This document shows positions 51,020 through 63,242 of a stretch of DNA of 64,000 nucleotides, in pieces. The notes beneath the pieces were generated by a model, which worked only from the letters and a program-made list of their open reading frames with translations, had not been told where the DNA came from and made no database searches. A program made the position numbers and the translations under genes. Position 1 is the stretch's first letter; every line of letters begins with the position of its first letter. This stretch comes from Octopus bimaculoides (Eukaryota). Location: positions 63,238,319-63,302,318 of the forward strand of contig NC_068986.1 in assembly GCF_001194135.2 (NCBI RefSeq). The letters run 5' to 3'.

Positions 51020-51375
51020 CAAGTATTAGGGTTGATTTAACTGTAGCCGAGGGCTGATCAGTATCTGGTGTACTTAATAAAGGAAATTGTGAGAAGCCTG
51101 CCATGTGTGTGTGTTTGTGTCTCATTGTTTTGACATTTGTGTGTTGAGCAAAGTTACTGTTCATACAAAATAAAGTGTCATTTGTCCACACTCTTCCATG
51201 AAAACATCTTTCCATTGGTCTGTTTGTGTTTGAGGACTAGAAGAGATATTGTTTTGTTTGAAAACAGGTGAGGCTTGGCAACAGGAAGAGCATTCAGCAT
51301 AGAAAATCTCTCAGTGAGATTAATCTGACACATGCAAGCATGAAAAAGTGGATGTTAAAATTATGATGATGATGA
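51020..51375 (+). mobile_element. SINE family C, head missing
   Basis: GAAAACAGGTGAGGCTTGGCAACAGGAAGAGCATTCAG...CATGCAAGCATGAAAAAGTGGATGTTAAAA(TGA)n. Confidence 0.75.
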
Positions 51376-51949
51376 GGTAGGCATTGAGGCTGCTAATGTC
51401 ACAAGTTTTGCTTATGGATAGACAGGAATTATATGAGAAAGTTTGCTAAATATATTGTTGTCAAATGTCCCCCAAATCACACACTCCACACTTCCATTTT
51501 AAAAATGAAAAGACTTGTTGAAAAGTGTGATCCTTGGTATACTATGTCAGAAAAAAAGATGGGATGGTCATGACTGGAATACCTAACTGCTATGTCTCTG
51601 AACCTACTTAATATTTACCATCAGGTTTCTGCTGCAATATTATTAACAATAATTTTACCATAACTAACATTACTACAACTTTTACTTCACCGCAGTTAAA
51701 GCTCCATTTCCATGTAGTCTCTTGATTCTTTCAGTTCTGTCCTGTAGTGTTGTGATAATTCATAATCTCATTGCCCTAAATTTTATGTTTGTATGATAAT
51801 TATGACTAGTTTATGTCAATAACATCCTTGATGACTCACGTACACAAGCCTCCATATAAAATCTGAAATAATATAGGATTTTTTTGGTGGGAAGGGGCAC
51901 TAAGTATATATATATACATGTGTTTGTGTGGGTGTGGGTGTGTTTTAAT

Positions 51950-52095
51950 AGTGTTGTTACTACTACAGTAACATGGTTTCTATTAACTATCAGCACCATC
52001 TCCCATACTTCTGCTACTACTACTGTTACTAGCACCACCACCACTGCTACTACTACAACTACCTCTACTATTACTACCACCATCATCATCATTAA
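51950..52095. repeat. Compound (ACT)/(ACC)/(ATC) trinucleotide low-complexity tract
   Basis: Seen directly. Explains the poly-Thr and poly-Val ORFs. Confidence 0.85.
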
Positions 52096-53704
52096 CTGTT
52101 GTATACAGTGGTTATTGTATACTGTGACCATATAGCAAATTTAATTTCATCGTCTCACCCTCTTCTTTTATTCTGTGGAGCTCATTAGGTAACTATAGTA
52201 ACACATGTTCATTGCTATCAAAAACTGTAATGAAAGCCATCTGGATGAATTTTACTTCAGGAATTGTTTAATTCTGCAGACAAAACAGATTTATATTGAT
52301 TACAATTTTCACTGATTTTTATCTTGAAATCTTACTACCAACAATGTTATCATCCTTGCTAACCCTGCTAGAAATAGCTGCCAAAATTCCATCAAAGCTC
52401 ACATTGCTGTCTTAAGATATTAGCCTTGTGCTAAATATGTTATCAATTATTATTGGCAACTTATATTTAACACAAGATTAATTTTTGTAGGGAAGTGAAA
52501 TTTAGCTGACTCAGTCAGCAGCAATGTATCACTTACTTCATGGAGGATAAAAGGGGGAGAAAAAAAAACCTGCATGGCATATGAATCCTGTACAAACCTA
52601 AAAGCAAATTCTTTTTCTGAATAGCAGGATCCCAAAGAGCCAGTCCATATCTGTCTTTTTTTTTTTTTTTTTTTTTTTTTGGTGGCCTATTGCAAATAGA
52701 TGTTAGGACAGTGGGAATTGAAGTTTGCTCTCCAAACCAACAAATCTTTAGTTAATTTCACATTGCTGCCATTGTCTAATGCTGGCTTAGAGCTAAGAAA
52801 GTTTGGATTTTGAGAATTAGGTATCTTGAACTGGACACAATGAATGTAAAAAAAATGGATTTGGTATTCATTTTTGAAGATTGTTCTAGTAATTTGATCA
52901 ATGGAACAACTCACTCATTGAATTGTAGTGGAATTGGTAGGGTCTTCCACTGACACTTGTACTCTTAATGTAATCCTCTGACAAAATTAACTTGACACTG
53001 TATGTATGACGAAGATGGGTCTTAGAATTACATTTACAGTCCATTTAATGAGTCTTTGTGTAACTTTTATCTATCAGTTCCATCAGCAGGTTTCGTGTCA
53101 TTCTGACACTGTGGTAGACAACACTTTCTGAAGATCCCGCATGATGGGATCAAACCTGGAATCTTGTGATTCAGAAGCAAATCTATTAACCATTCTGTCA
53201 TATTGCAATGCTGCAATACTAGATACAAACTGCTGATGTCTCTGCTGGTTGTTTGCCATTTATTGGTTGGTTCATCTGCACTGTCAGAGAATGAAACACA
53301 ATACTGTAAGGTGCCTAATCTTATGCTCAACTGCTTCTGCCAACTCTTTGCCACTAAACGAAACCATAACAAAAGACAAATGACTTAATGAATATGCAAA
53401 TAACAATACTTGTTTATCATTGTGTCCATAATGCAGATGCAATGGGGAAATATTGTGGATACTGTGAGAGCCATACAATATGCTGATTGATGTGTCTTGT
53501 GCAGAATGTAGATGACAATTATTACCATATTTAGTCAATAGCAGTTGATGATGTAAACATTGGGAGTGTTATACACGTATACAGTATAATGAAGTAGTGA
53601 AAATAGGAAAGTTTTTCCATATACAGTGGAGCAGACTAATTTGCAAAATTATTTAACTGTCTAAAATAAACACAAGTGAAATTATAATAATAATTGCTGT
53701 TGTT

Positions 53705-53906
53705 ATAATTGTTAGCAGAATCATAGATATGTTTGACAAAATGCTTAGCGGCATTTCTTCCAGTTTAACATTTTGAGTTCAAATTCAGCTGAGGTCGACT
53801 TTGTGTTTCATCCTTTCAGAGTCAATAAAATAAGTACCAGTTGAGCACTAGGGTCAACTTACTCAAATAGACTCCTCCTGCCAAAATTTCAGGCCTTGTG
53901 CAGAAA
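53705..53906 (+). mobile_element. SINE family B
   Basis: GAGTTCAAATTC B-box; GAGGTCGACTTTG...TCATCCTTTC...AATAAAATAAGTACCAG core. Confidence 0.85.
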
Positions 53907-54244
53907 GTGTTGGTATAATTGACATCTTGCCAAAACTGAATCTTTTGATTATCTTTTGCCTATATACATGGTAATAATATCTGTAAATACCTTAAATATT
54001 ATATGGTGAAAGCATATAATGCCAGAATTTGAAAAAGACTTGGCATGTAAGACAGCTCTTTACTTGAAGTAAATTAATTTTAAAAATATTGCATTTTACT
54101 TTGTTAAAAGTTCAAAACATATACTGTATATCTACATATTTTGCAATATTCATAAACTTATTAATGTAGTGTATTTTGTTCTAAAATATAAACTACTGCA
54201 CAACACAGCTTGCTGCAATATAGCAGTTTATAATAATAATAATG

Positions 54245-54625
54245 ATAATTTCAGATTTTGGCACAAGGCCAGTAATTTGGGGGAAGGGGATAAATCAAGC
54301 AGATTGACCCCAAAAAGATGAAAGGCAAAGTTGACTTCAGCAGAATTTAAACTCAGAAGGTAAAAATGGATGAAATGCCACTAAACATTTTGCTCAGTGT
54401 GCTAATGATTCTGCCAGTTAGCTGCCTTAATAATAAAAATAATAATAATAATATTTATTTAAGTATAAAGCTAAGGATTTTGAGGGGAGGAGGGTTAGTT
54501 GGGATATATTGATTCTAGTACTTGACTTGTGCTTTATTTTATTGACCCCAATATGAAGGAAAACAAAATTGACCTCAGCAGGATTTGAACTCAGAATGTT
54601 AAGAGTTGGAACAAATACCTCAAAG
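54245..54625 (-). mobile_element. Two SINE family B copies (54245-54428 and partial 54465-54625)
   Basis: Reverse-complement family B motifs separated by (AAT)n. Confidence 0.8.
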
Positions 54626-54627
54626 TA

Positions 54628-54875
54628 GAACCGCTAAGTTACAGTGATGTAAACACACCAACACTGGTTGTTAAGTTGTGGTGGGAGACAAACAAAGACA
54701 CACACACACTTATACGACGGGCTTCTTTGAGTTTCCGTCTATCAAATCCAATCACAAGGCCTTGGTCGACCTGAAGCTATAGTCGAAGACACTTGCCCAA
54801 GGTGCCACGCAGTGGGAGTGAACCCAGATTCATGTGATTGGGAAGTGAGCTTCTTACCACATAACCACGCCTGTG
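54628..54875 (-). mobile_element. Young SINE family A/C head and core
   Basis: GAAGACACTTGCCCAAGGTGCCACGCAGTGGGAGTGAACC...CTTCTTACCACATAACCACGCC. CpGs retained. Confidence 0.85.
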
Positions 54876-55166
54876 TCTATATTTTTCACTTATGTATATT
54901 GAAGGTTGTAAACATCAGCAAGAAAACCTGAAAAAGAAACCAATGCATTTTTTGCAAATGGAAACTCTTCCAGTATTTGTTTGAGACATTTATTTATTAA
55001 TTTTGCTGTCACAGATGCAGCATACTAGTGATTGACTTGTTGGAAGCCTATGACCAACAATGCCTATTGTTCACCAATTCTGATATAAAGAGAGAATAGA
55101 TAAAAAAAAATTAGCTAACATTTTGTAGTCCAGTATCATTCCTGTTCAATGATATCACTTCTGCTT

Positions 55167-55196
<30 letters not shown>

Positions 55197-55199
<3 letters not shown>

Positions 55200-55412
55200 G
55201 TTTCAAATTTTGGCACAAGGCCAGCAGGTTTGTGGAAGGGGACTAGTCGATTACATTCACTCCAGTGTTCAACTGGTACATATTCTGTTGACTCCAAAAG
55301 GGTGAAAGGCAAAGTCAACCTCAGCAGAATTTGAACTCAGGACATAGAAACGGATGAAATGTCACTAAACATTTTGCCCAGCATGGTAACAATTCTGCCA
55401 GCTTGCCACCTT
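55197..55412 (-). mobile_element. SINE family B, full length
   Basis: TTTCAAATTTTGGCACAAGGCC ... GAATTTGAACTC ... TTCTGCCAGCTTGCCACCTT, flanked by (AAT)n. Confidence 0.88.
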
Positions 55413-55814
55413 TTTAATGATAATAATAATAATAATAATATCTTTTAAGACATGTAACTATCTCTTGTGTTGTATTTTGCAGACCGAAGTAAACTTTCAG
55501 AGTGTAATTTTGTAATCATTGAAATATTTATGAGATGAAAACTAATCTGAACTTGAAAATGACAATTAAAATTTTTTGTTTTAATTTTGTATTTTATTGA
55601 TTTCATTGTTTACCTAGATTATGATATCTTCTGTCTTGCTGTATAAGAATAAATAAAATTATAACACTAAAGTCAGAGCTATTTCTGACAGTTTGATTGA
55701 AAGCTATATTAAACATCTATGCAGGATGCATGTTGTGATAATACACCAGTTTGAAAACAATAACATTTCATAAACATTTTTTTCTAAATTTTAATTCATA
55801 ATGATGATAATAAT

Positions 55815-56222
55815 AATGATTTCAAATTTTGGCACAAGGCCAGCAATTTCTGAGGAGGAGGTAAGTCAATTACATTAGCCCCAGTGTTCAACAGGTACTT
55901 ATTTTATCAACCCCAAAAGGATGAAAGGCAAAGTCAAAGAATTTGAGGTCAGAATGTAAGAACGGATAAAATGCCACTAAGCATTTTGCCCGTTATGCTA
56001 ATCATTCTGGCAGCTTACTACCTTAATGATGATAATAATAATGATTTCCTACACAGACACAAGGTCTCAAATTTGAAAATAACTCAACTGGTACTTATTT
56101 TATCAACTTTCTGGATGAAAAGCGAAGTCAACCTCAGTGGGATTTGAGCTTAGAACATAAAAGATCATAACTACTGCAAGGCATTTTGTTGGATCTTTTT
56201 ATGATTCTGCTCATTCACCATC
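55815..56222 (-). mobile_element. Two SINE family B copies (55815-56025 and partial 56045-56222)
   Basis: Same motifs, with (AAT/GAT)n spacers. Confidence 0.82.
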
Positions 56223-57204
56223 CTGATGATGATGATGGTGATGGTGATGGTGGTGGCAGTGGCAGTGGCAGCACAAAGCACAAATTTGGGATGGAAGTAT
56301 CATTTGATTATATTCACCCCAGTACTTGAACTGATACTTTTAGTCAATAGAGAGGGCCATATTATTACCACTATTAAAATTGTTTCTCATATAACTTAAG
56401 CCATAGTATAATTCCTCTTTCTGTAGTGAAGGGCACTAAGGAATATTTGGTACTTAACACCCACACTAGCATAGCTATGTTAGCAATGGCATACTGAAAC
56501 TTTTATTCAGCAGTGGATCAAAAACAGCTGAAAGGAATATCCTCACAGCTAGACAAATTGAAGCATATAGAAATGTCCTATTTGGTAATGCAACAAAATC
56601 TTTTCAGTGGATATGAATTCATGAACAACAAGTTCCTGCTTGCATTTATCTGTATGAGGAATTGAGCTCTCTTCTCCTAACTAACAATGTACTCGTGGCT
56701 TTCAGAATACTGACACTGCTTAAAGCAACAGTGAATAGTTGTTCCTTCTCAGCAGTGTCTTAGATGGATTGAACTATTTGATTATTGTTGTGGATGTTAA
56801 ATCAATGTAGTGCCTATAAGAATGTGCAAATAGACTAGACTCACTACCTATTATATTCCTTAATCAATTTCAATTAATGAACATTTCTAAATTTTCTGTG
56901 CCTCATTTCAAGGTCATCTCATTTAGGAAATTACACTATTACTCATGTTCTCATGACTAATGGTGTAATTTTTATCAACTTGAATTCTGGATATTTTTTT
57001 CTTTTTTTTCTTCATATAGTTGTCTTGTAGCCTCACTATCAGCATAAAATAAAGTACCAATCAAATACTTAGTTTCTTCTCAAAGCTGTTGGTTTCAGAT
57101 CTCAACTGGAATCAACTTCGCTTCATCCCTCTGAGTACTGGGATGTTCCTATCCTCAAGATTGCTAACCTTATGCCTAAATCAAAAACTATTATTATTAC
57201 TACT

Positions 57205-57650
57205 ACTAAGGCAGTGAGCTGGCAGAATTGTTAGTATGCCAGGCAAAATGTTTTGCAGCATTTTGTCTGTCTTCACGTTCTGAGTTCAAATGCTGCCGTG
57301 GTCATCTTTGTCTCTTATCCTTTTGGGGTCAACAAATTAAGTACTAGTGAAACACTGGTGTCAATGTAATTGACTAGCTGCCTACCTCAAAATTTCAGGC
57401 TTTGTGCCTTTAGTAGAAAGGATTATTATCATTATTATTATTAAGGTGACAAGCTGACAGAATCATTAGCATTTTTGGCAAAATGCTTAGCAGCATTTCA
57501 TCTGTCTTAACATTTGCAAATTCCTCCAAGGTTGACTTTGCCTTTCATCCTTTCAGGTCCAATAAAATAAGTATCAGTTGAGCACTGGGGTTGATGTAAT
57601 TGACTAACTCTCTCCTGCTAATTCTAGGCCTTGTGCCTTTTGTAGAAAGA

Positions 57651-57688
<38 letters not shown>

Positions 57689-58070
57689 AGTGGAAAACTG
57701 GCTGACTTGTTAAGTACTGGAAAAACTGCTTAGTGGCATTTGTTCCAACTTTGTTCTGTGTTCAAATACCGCTGAGGTTGACTTTGTCTTTCATCCTTTC
57801 AGGGTTGATAAAATAAGTACCAATCAAGCACTGGATTCATTGTAATTGACTATCACCTGCCTCCAAAATTTCAGGCCTTGTGCCTATAATAGAAAGGATT
57901 ATTAGTATTAACATTAGTATTATTATTAAGGTGGTGAACTAGCAGAATTGTTAGCATGCCAAAATCATCTTTGCTGTTCATCTTTTTAGGGTTGATGAAG
58001 TAAGTACCAGTTGAGCACTGGGGCCTGTGTAATTGACTAGTCCTCTCACCCAAAATTTCAGGCCTTGTGG
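57205..58070 (+). mobile_element. Head-to-tail array of four SINE family B copies (57205-57420, 57443-57645, 57687-57897, 57928-58070)
   Basis: Each starts with AAGG/AAAGTG...CTGGC/CTGAC/CTAGC and ends GGCC/GCTTTGTG, separated by (TAT/TAC)n. The last copy is internally deleted. Confidence 0.9.
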
Positions 58071-59599
58071 AAGGATTATTATTGTTAGTAGTAGTAGTAG
58101 TAGTGTGAAATATGTTAGTTATTATTGGGACTCTCCTCTAACTACTCTTAGAACTTGTGAGGTAAGAGCTAAAGTTTATTTGAATTCTTTATTTAGGAAG
58201 TCCACATTGTGGATGAGAGATGTCAACTGTTTCAATCACTGGGTTCTGCCTTTAAGCTATGATTTCTTTTCTTATTATTATTCAGCTGTTTGAACTAAAA
58301 AAGGAGAATTCAGGAATTGTTAAACTATAAAATGCATTAACAGAAACTAAATATATGAATTTCTCAACCCATCCCAAATAGATGTGAAAAGGCAGCAGGC
58401 TGGAACAAAGCATTTTATTAAATTAAATTATTCCTTTCCTTTTTAGTTTTACAGCATTTTCCACTTATAGGATGCAAACAGAAAAAGAAAGTCTTTATTT
58501 AGACATTTAATATCATGTTTTATTTGAGGAAAAGGGAATGTCTACATATGTTTTTCTTTTTTTACCCCCTTTTTACACCTTTCTTTCATTTTCATTATTT
58601 GCTTTGATTTCCAAAATATAATCTGAAGTTGTTTGTAAACCTCCAATCACTGGAATTTGTGGGGTTTTTGATTATCTTTAAAAAAAAAATCTATGTTCAG
58701 TTTTCATAATGCATTATGTGTAATGTTTTTTTTGTTTTTTTTTTCCCCAGGAGGGTGGTAAATATTTGTGTTTATTTGTAAATGTGTCCTTTTAGTTAGT
58801 TTCCAGTTTTCTTTCCAGAGATATGCACTTTGATGTAAAACTGCTTGGATGATTGAAGCTCTGTAAACAGTGTTTGCTGTTTTCTTAACATTACCATCAA
58901 CACTATTGGCACCAGAACTAGAACAATTTGTAATCCCACTCTGAAATTAAATGCACAAATATTTATCTTATACTAATGTGTACTGAAATGGAAATAAAAC
59001 CGTAGTTATGCCTAGAACTAACAATTTTGCTTTCATGGAAAATAGTATTTTGAACGGATATGTAAATTTAAAGTGAAAATACTAGTATTATCAGGCAGAA
59101 CAATGACTACAGTTGCTCTTTGTTTATCTGAGTTGATGGTCATATTTATTTCTTTGCTTTTGTGGATTCCCAGGATTCTCTGTCACCATCCAATTCCATT
59201 ATTGTGGATTTGAATTGAGAGCTTGAGTCATAGTTAATCTTTCAGTAGCTGATTACACAACCAAAGACACCACACCTATGGATGCATTGCAGTTACTATC
59301 TTGATAGAGCTTTGTCATCCTGACTGTTAATCTTCTAAGATTCATTTGCTCAGCATCAATGTAAGAAGCACCATTGGCTCAGTTGAGCTCCTCTACTACC
59401 TCTTCACAAATCACCACACTGCAGTCCCATGACTTTCATATCGCTGGCAGTGTGGCTGAATGAGTGCTATGCCTTGCCAAAGGGCAGCCTGTAACTATGC
59501 AGGCATGGTCATCACTCTGAGGTATTTTAAAAATACCCACATACCTGTGATGGTCATATAGTGAGATGCCAAATGAGTTTAGTGTAGTTTGTGTCAAGT

Positions 59600-59755
59600 T
59601 GGCATATATATATATGAAGGGCTTATTTCAGCTCCCATCTACCAAATCCACTTACAAAGTTTTAGTCAGCCCGGAGCTATAGTAGAAGATAGTTGCCTTG
59701 GGATGAACCCTGAACTATGTAGTTGGGACACAACTTTCTACCACATAGCCATGCA
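59600..59755 (-). mobile_element. SINE family A head and core, internally deleted
   Basis: CTACCAAATCCACTTACAAAG...GCTATAGTAGAAGA...CTTTCTACCACATAGCCATGC. Confidence 0.75.
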
Positions 59756-60340
59756 TGCATGCACTTATATATATAAAGAGAAAGGCAGACAGGCAGAGAG
59801 TTTATGAATATATATGAATGCAAGTTCATCTCAGTTTCTGAACATACTTGTGCAGAAGTTAGCCTTCATTTCTACCAATTTTACTATTTGTTTTTGTGTA
59901 ATCACTATTTTAAACATGGTTGTGTAACTTCAGACACTATAAAAAAATCATAATTGGATACAGAGAGGAGAACTAGAAAAAGAGATAAAATTCCACAGAC
60001 ACATTATGGGGCATCAGCTCCATCATACAGTTTGTGTTCTGATCAAGATAGTTAATGCAAAACTGAGCATGCTCTGAAACTCCTATCAACCTACCTATTT
60101 ATATAACCAATCTACTTATGGATTTACCTACCTGTTAGCCTATCTATCTATCTGCACACCTATTTACTTGTCCACTTGTCTGCATATATACCTAACTCCC
60201 AGACAGCCCCCAACAAACAGGATAGTTAATACCAACAAGTTTGTCTGTCTGTTTATCTGTTTTCTGATATCCTCATTAACATATTTAAATATAACAGAAA
60301 AATGACTCATATGATAGTTAATTTTTGCATATATATATAT

Positions 60341-60846
60341 ATTACATGGAAAAATGTTAGCATGAAAAGTTATATTCTTAAGATTATAAACCTGGAAAAG
60401 TACAGGACAAGTTATTACACCTGTAAAAGTATAGGACAAACTATTACTTCTAGTAAAGTAAAGAATAAGAAACTTTTTACTTAAAACATTGCAGCAAAGA
60501 ATGCCAGCTCTTCTAATTTATCTCTCTTTACAGTTCTCATCTTTTAAATTTATTGTACAAAACTGATCAGCTAATTTGTAAGTTTGTCTAATTAGTCACT
60601 TTTTTCTGTAGTAAATTAGCCAAATTCTACTTTTAAATAAGTATAGCATTATTTGTAATCTATAGTAAAATATTTTTTAATATTCAACTTTTAATTTTAG
60701 CTGCAATATTTTAAGTAAAAAGTTTCTTATTCTTTACTTTACTTAGTTTGTCCTACACTTTTACAGGTGTAATAACTCGTCCTGTACTTTTCCAGGTTTA
60801 TAATCTTAAGAATATTATTTTATATGCTCACATTTTTCCATGTAAT
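60341..60846. mobile_element. Foldback/MITE-like element with ~150-bp inverted arms (60341-60495 and 60700-60846)
   Basis: The arms are near-identical reverse complements apart from a few substitutions and one ~9-bp indel. Each has a duplicated ACCTG(G/T)AAAAGT..AGGAC subrepeat. Confidence 0.85.
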
Positions 60847-61274
60847 CCATGAATTTTCCAGACATTGCTGTTATAAGATAATTAATGTGTCAATTAATAA
60901 TTTAAGATTTTACCTTATAAAATACTGGGCAGGGGGATATATTGGCTGCTGTTTTTTGCATGTCGAGTGACCAGGTAGAGGCTCTTTCATTAGTTTGATT
61001 GCATGATGAGATTTTTTAACACATATATGTATAATATGTATATATATCATCGGCAGAAGTTAGAGAGTAAGTCAAAAGCTAAGAGTTTTGTGTATTGGCA
61101 CTTATCAAACATGAATTTGTTTATTGTCACTCTGTAACATGTGACAAAATAACTTATAAAATACAAAATTTTGTCAAAAACGTTAAGAGTAAACTCTGTT
61201 GTATGTGACACATTGTACCAGTATCGGAAGTTTCAAAGTGTTTAGTTAAAAAAATTAATCAAATAATCTGTACA

Positions 61275-61397
61275 TCAAATTGAATAGATCCGAAATGGAT
61301 AAAAAGCAAAGTCGACCTTGGCAGAATTTGAACTCAAAATGTAAACACTAAGCATTTCACCCGGCGTGCTAACATTTCTGCCAGCTCACTGCCTTAG
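61275..61397 (-). mobile_element. SINE family B, partial
   Basis: GCAAAGTCGACCTTGGCAGAATTTGAACTC...CTGCCAGCTCACTGCCTT. Confidence 0.8.
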
Positions 61398-61589
61398 CAA
61401 TATATTCTTTAATATTCTTATTGATAAGCGTTACTTCCTTACTCTCTTACTTACTTACACGATATTTCATGGCATTTCACCCTATACCTTTTCTTCTACT
61501 AATTTTTGTTCAATGCGATTAACGACTCTGAATTCCTCACATTTTTCTATCATTTAAGCCTAAGAAAAGTATACTTTTATTTTAAAATT

Positions 61590-62760
61590 AAAAAGTTTAT
61601 GTTAATTGAAGGTGAATAGGTGCCTTACTGCTCCCTTGAAGTCGCAGATATTTTGACGTAAGTTTTTTTTCTACTGAAGCAAATCTCAAACTATTTATGC
61701 CAAAGTGTAGCTGAGGAGGTGTCCTCTTTAAAACTATTAACAGTTTGCAATTTAGTTGAGAACTGAATGAGTGGTGAAGCTTAGAAGCTACTGCGATTGA
61801 CAAAATGGTGTTGAAACAATTGTTGTGATTAATAATACATTCTTCTGTCTTTCATTTGTTATTTATCCAATGATCACTCTGAAAGTGACCTTGCTTTACC
61901 AGTAAGCTACCAGGTGTAAACCATTCGTTTTATTATCCATTGACCACAACCAATTTCTAATTAGAAGATGCTTTACGGTAGCGTACCAAGATGATGGATA
62001 AAATAACACTGGATGTTTCGCTAAAGGACATACCTATACCCAGTAGGAAGGATTATATACAGGATCTCTTGAAGAAAACTAACCAATTTGTGCATAGAAT
62101 GTAGTGGAAAGCTTTCTTTTTTGACAAGGAGCGTAAATCTAACGACAAACCTGAACATGGTGACCTACTAAAAAAAGTATTCAAATCTACAAGGAACCCA
62201 CCAACAAACCAACATCTAACCAGATTTGAAGAAGAATTATATAGTATTGTCGAGAACATGAAGTTCAGAAAGTACCCTAGATGGTGTAATATACATCAGC
62301 AGAAAATCATAAAATTACTTGTTGACTTCAAGAAAGCTTTGGGGGTACTTGTACCAGCAGACAAAACAAGTAATGTTTACATTGTTGATATTGATCTATA
62401 TAAGTCCATGATTAGAAAGGAATTACACAGCAAAAATAGACATCCTAGTAATGATGTATTAAAGAGAATCAACAATACAGAGCTACAAATCGTCAAAGAT
62501 CTAGCCATTGATGATAGAACAGAACCCTACGTCCCCCCCGAAAACCCCGGATTTTGCTTAAGGATCATAAACCTAACTTTCTTATCAACCCCTCAGATTG
62601 ATATGTCCTTCTAAATCCGATATAGGCATTATTAGTAAAAGTATCATTGACAGGGTAATACCCGTCCTTAAGTCTAAAATTAGATTAGCCCTCTGGTCTG
62701 ATACCCAAGAGGTGGTTGGATGGTTCAAGTTTCTTGAAATTAATAAAACTAGTACCTATT
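61590..62760 (+). mobile_element. Penelope-like element 5' part (putative pseudo-LTR plus N-terminal part of the RT ORF from ATG 61991), disrupted and 3'-truncated
   Basis: SLKDIPIPSRKDYIQDLLKKTNQFVHRM*WKAFFF...FKSTRNPP...RFEEELY...VPADKTSNVY...KDHKPNF...NP..SDIGIISK. Confidence 0.8.
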
Positions 62761-63090
62761 TTTGTCTTGTCTTGCAATCCTAAGGCTTTTTTTGCTGTAT
62801 GTGTATTATTTTCGTTTTAATTGTTGTTTTTGTGTGGCCCTAAGCCTTTATTCTGTTTATTGTTTTGTCCTTTATCCGTTTACTAATGGTCTCATCTTGA
62901 GCCATCTCGTCTTATTATGTTTTGGTTCCATTCCTGGCAAGTTTCTTGTTGGTGCCTCCAGAGCGGAAGTAATATTATTGATAATGTCTGAAATTACACT
63001 TTGAGCCTCTGTCTGATAACTGAAGAGGAGTTGGTGACCTTCTGTGTATTCAGTATATATTCATATGTTTATTTACTACACGTGTTTTTG

Positions 63091-63095
<5 letters not shown>
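62760..63095 (+). mobile_element. Unclassified T-rich segment ending at (TA)n, possible Penelope-like 3' end
   Basis: Abrupt change of composition after the RT fragment, and terminates at a TA microsatellite. Confidence 0.3.
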
Positions 63096-63141
<46 letters not shown>

Positions 63142-63242
63142 GGTATGTCATATTTTCCATTTGTTGTCTTTTTATTTAATCCTGAAAGTATTAATGTAAC
63201 ACAAGCACCCATTCATAATATATATATATATATATATATATA

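Noticed and set aside
51811-52135. Thr-rich mucin-like / Val-rich ORFs
   Set aside because: Translation of a trinucleotide low-complexity tract.
53203-53388. ORF resembling a secreted peptide precursor
   Set aside because: Overlaps decayed SINE-derived sequence on both sides, with no supporting gene structure.
57205-58070. Regularly spaced repeats as a CRISPR-like array
   Set aside because: The units are ~210-bp SINEs with microsatellite spacers in a eukaryotic context.
58819-58852. Acceptor followed by DMHFDVKLLG*, reminiscent of an FKBP C-terminus
   Set aside because: Only 10 residues and no upstream FKBP exons found, so probably chance.
2951-59755. tRNA genes
   Set aside because: The A/B-box-like sequences belong to SINE heads, and no complete cloverleaf was seen.
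61790-61830. TTGACAA...GAAACAATTGT degenerate hammerhead in the PLE pseudo-LTR
   Set aside because: Two core mismatches, a weak stem II and no stem I.
63012-63053. CTGAAGA plus GGAG/CTTC stem near a (TA)n
   Set aside because: GAAA and stem III are absent. At best a deleted relic.
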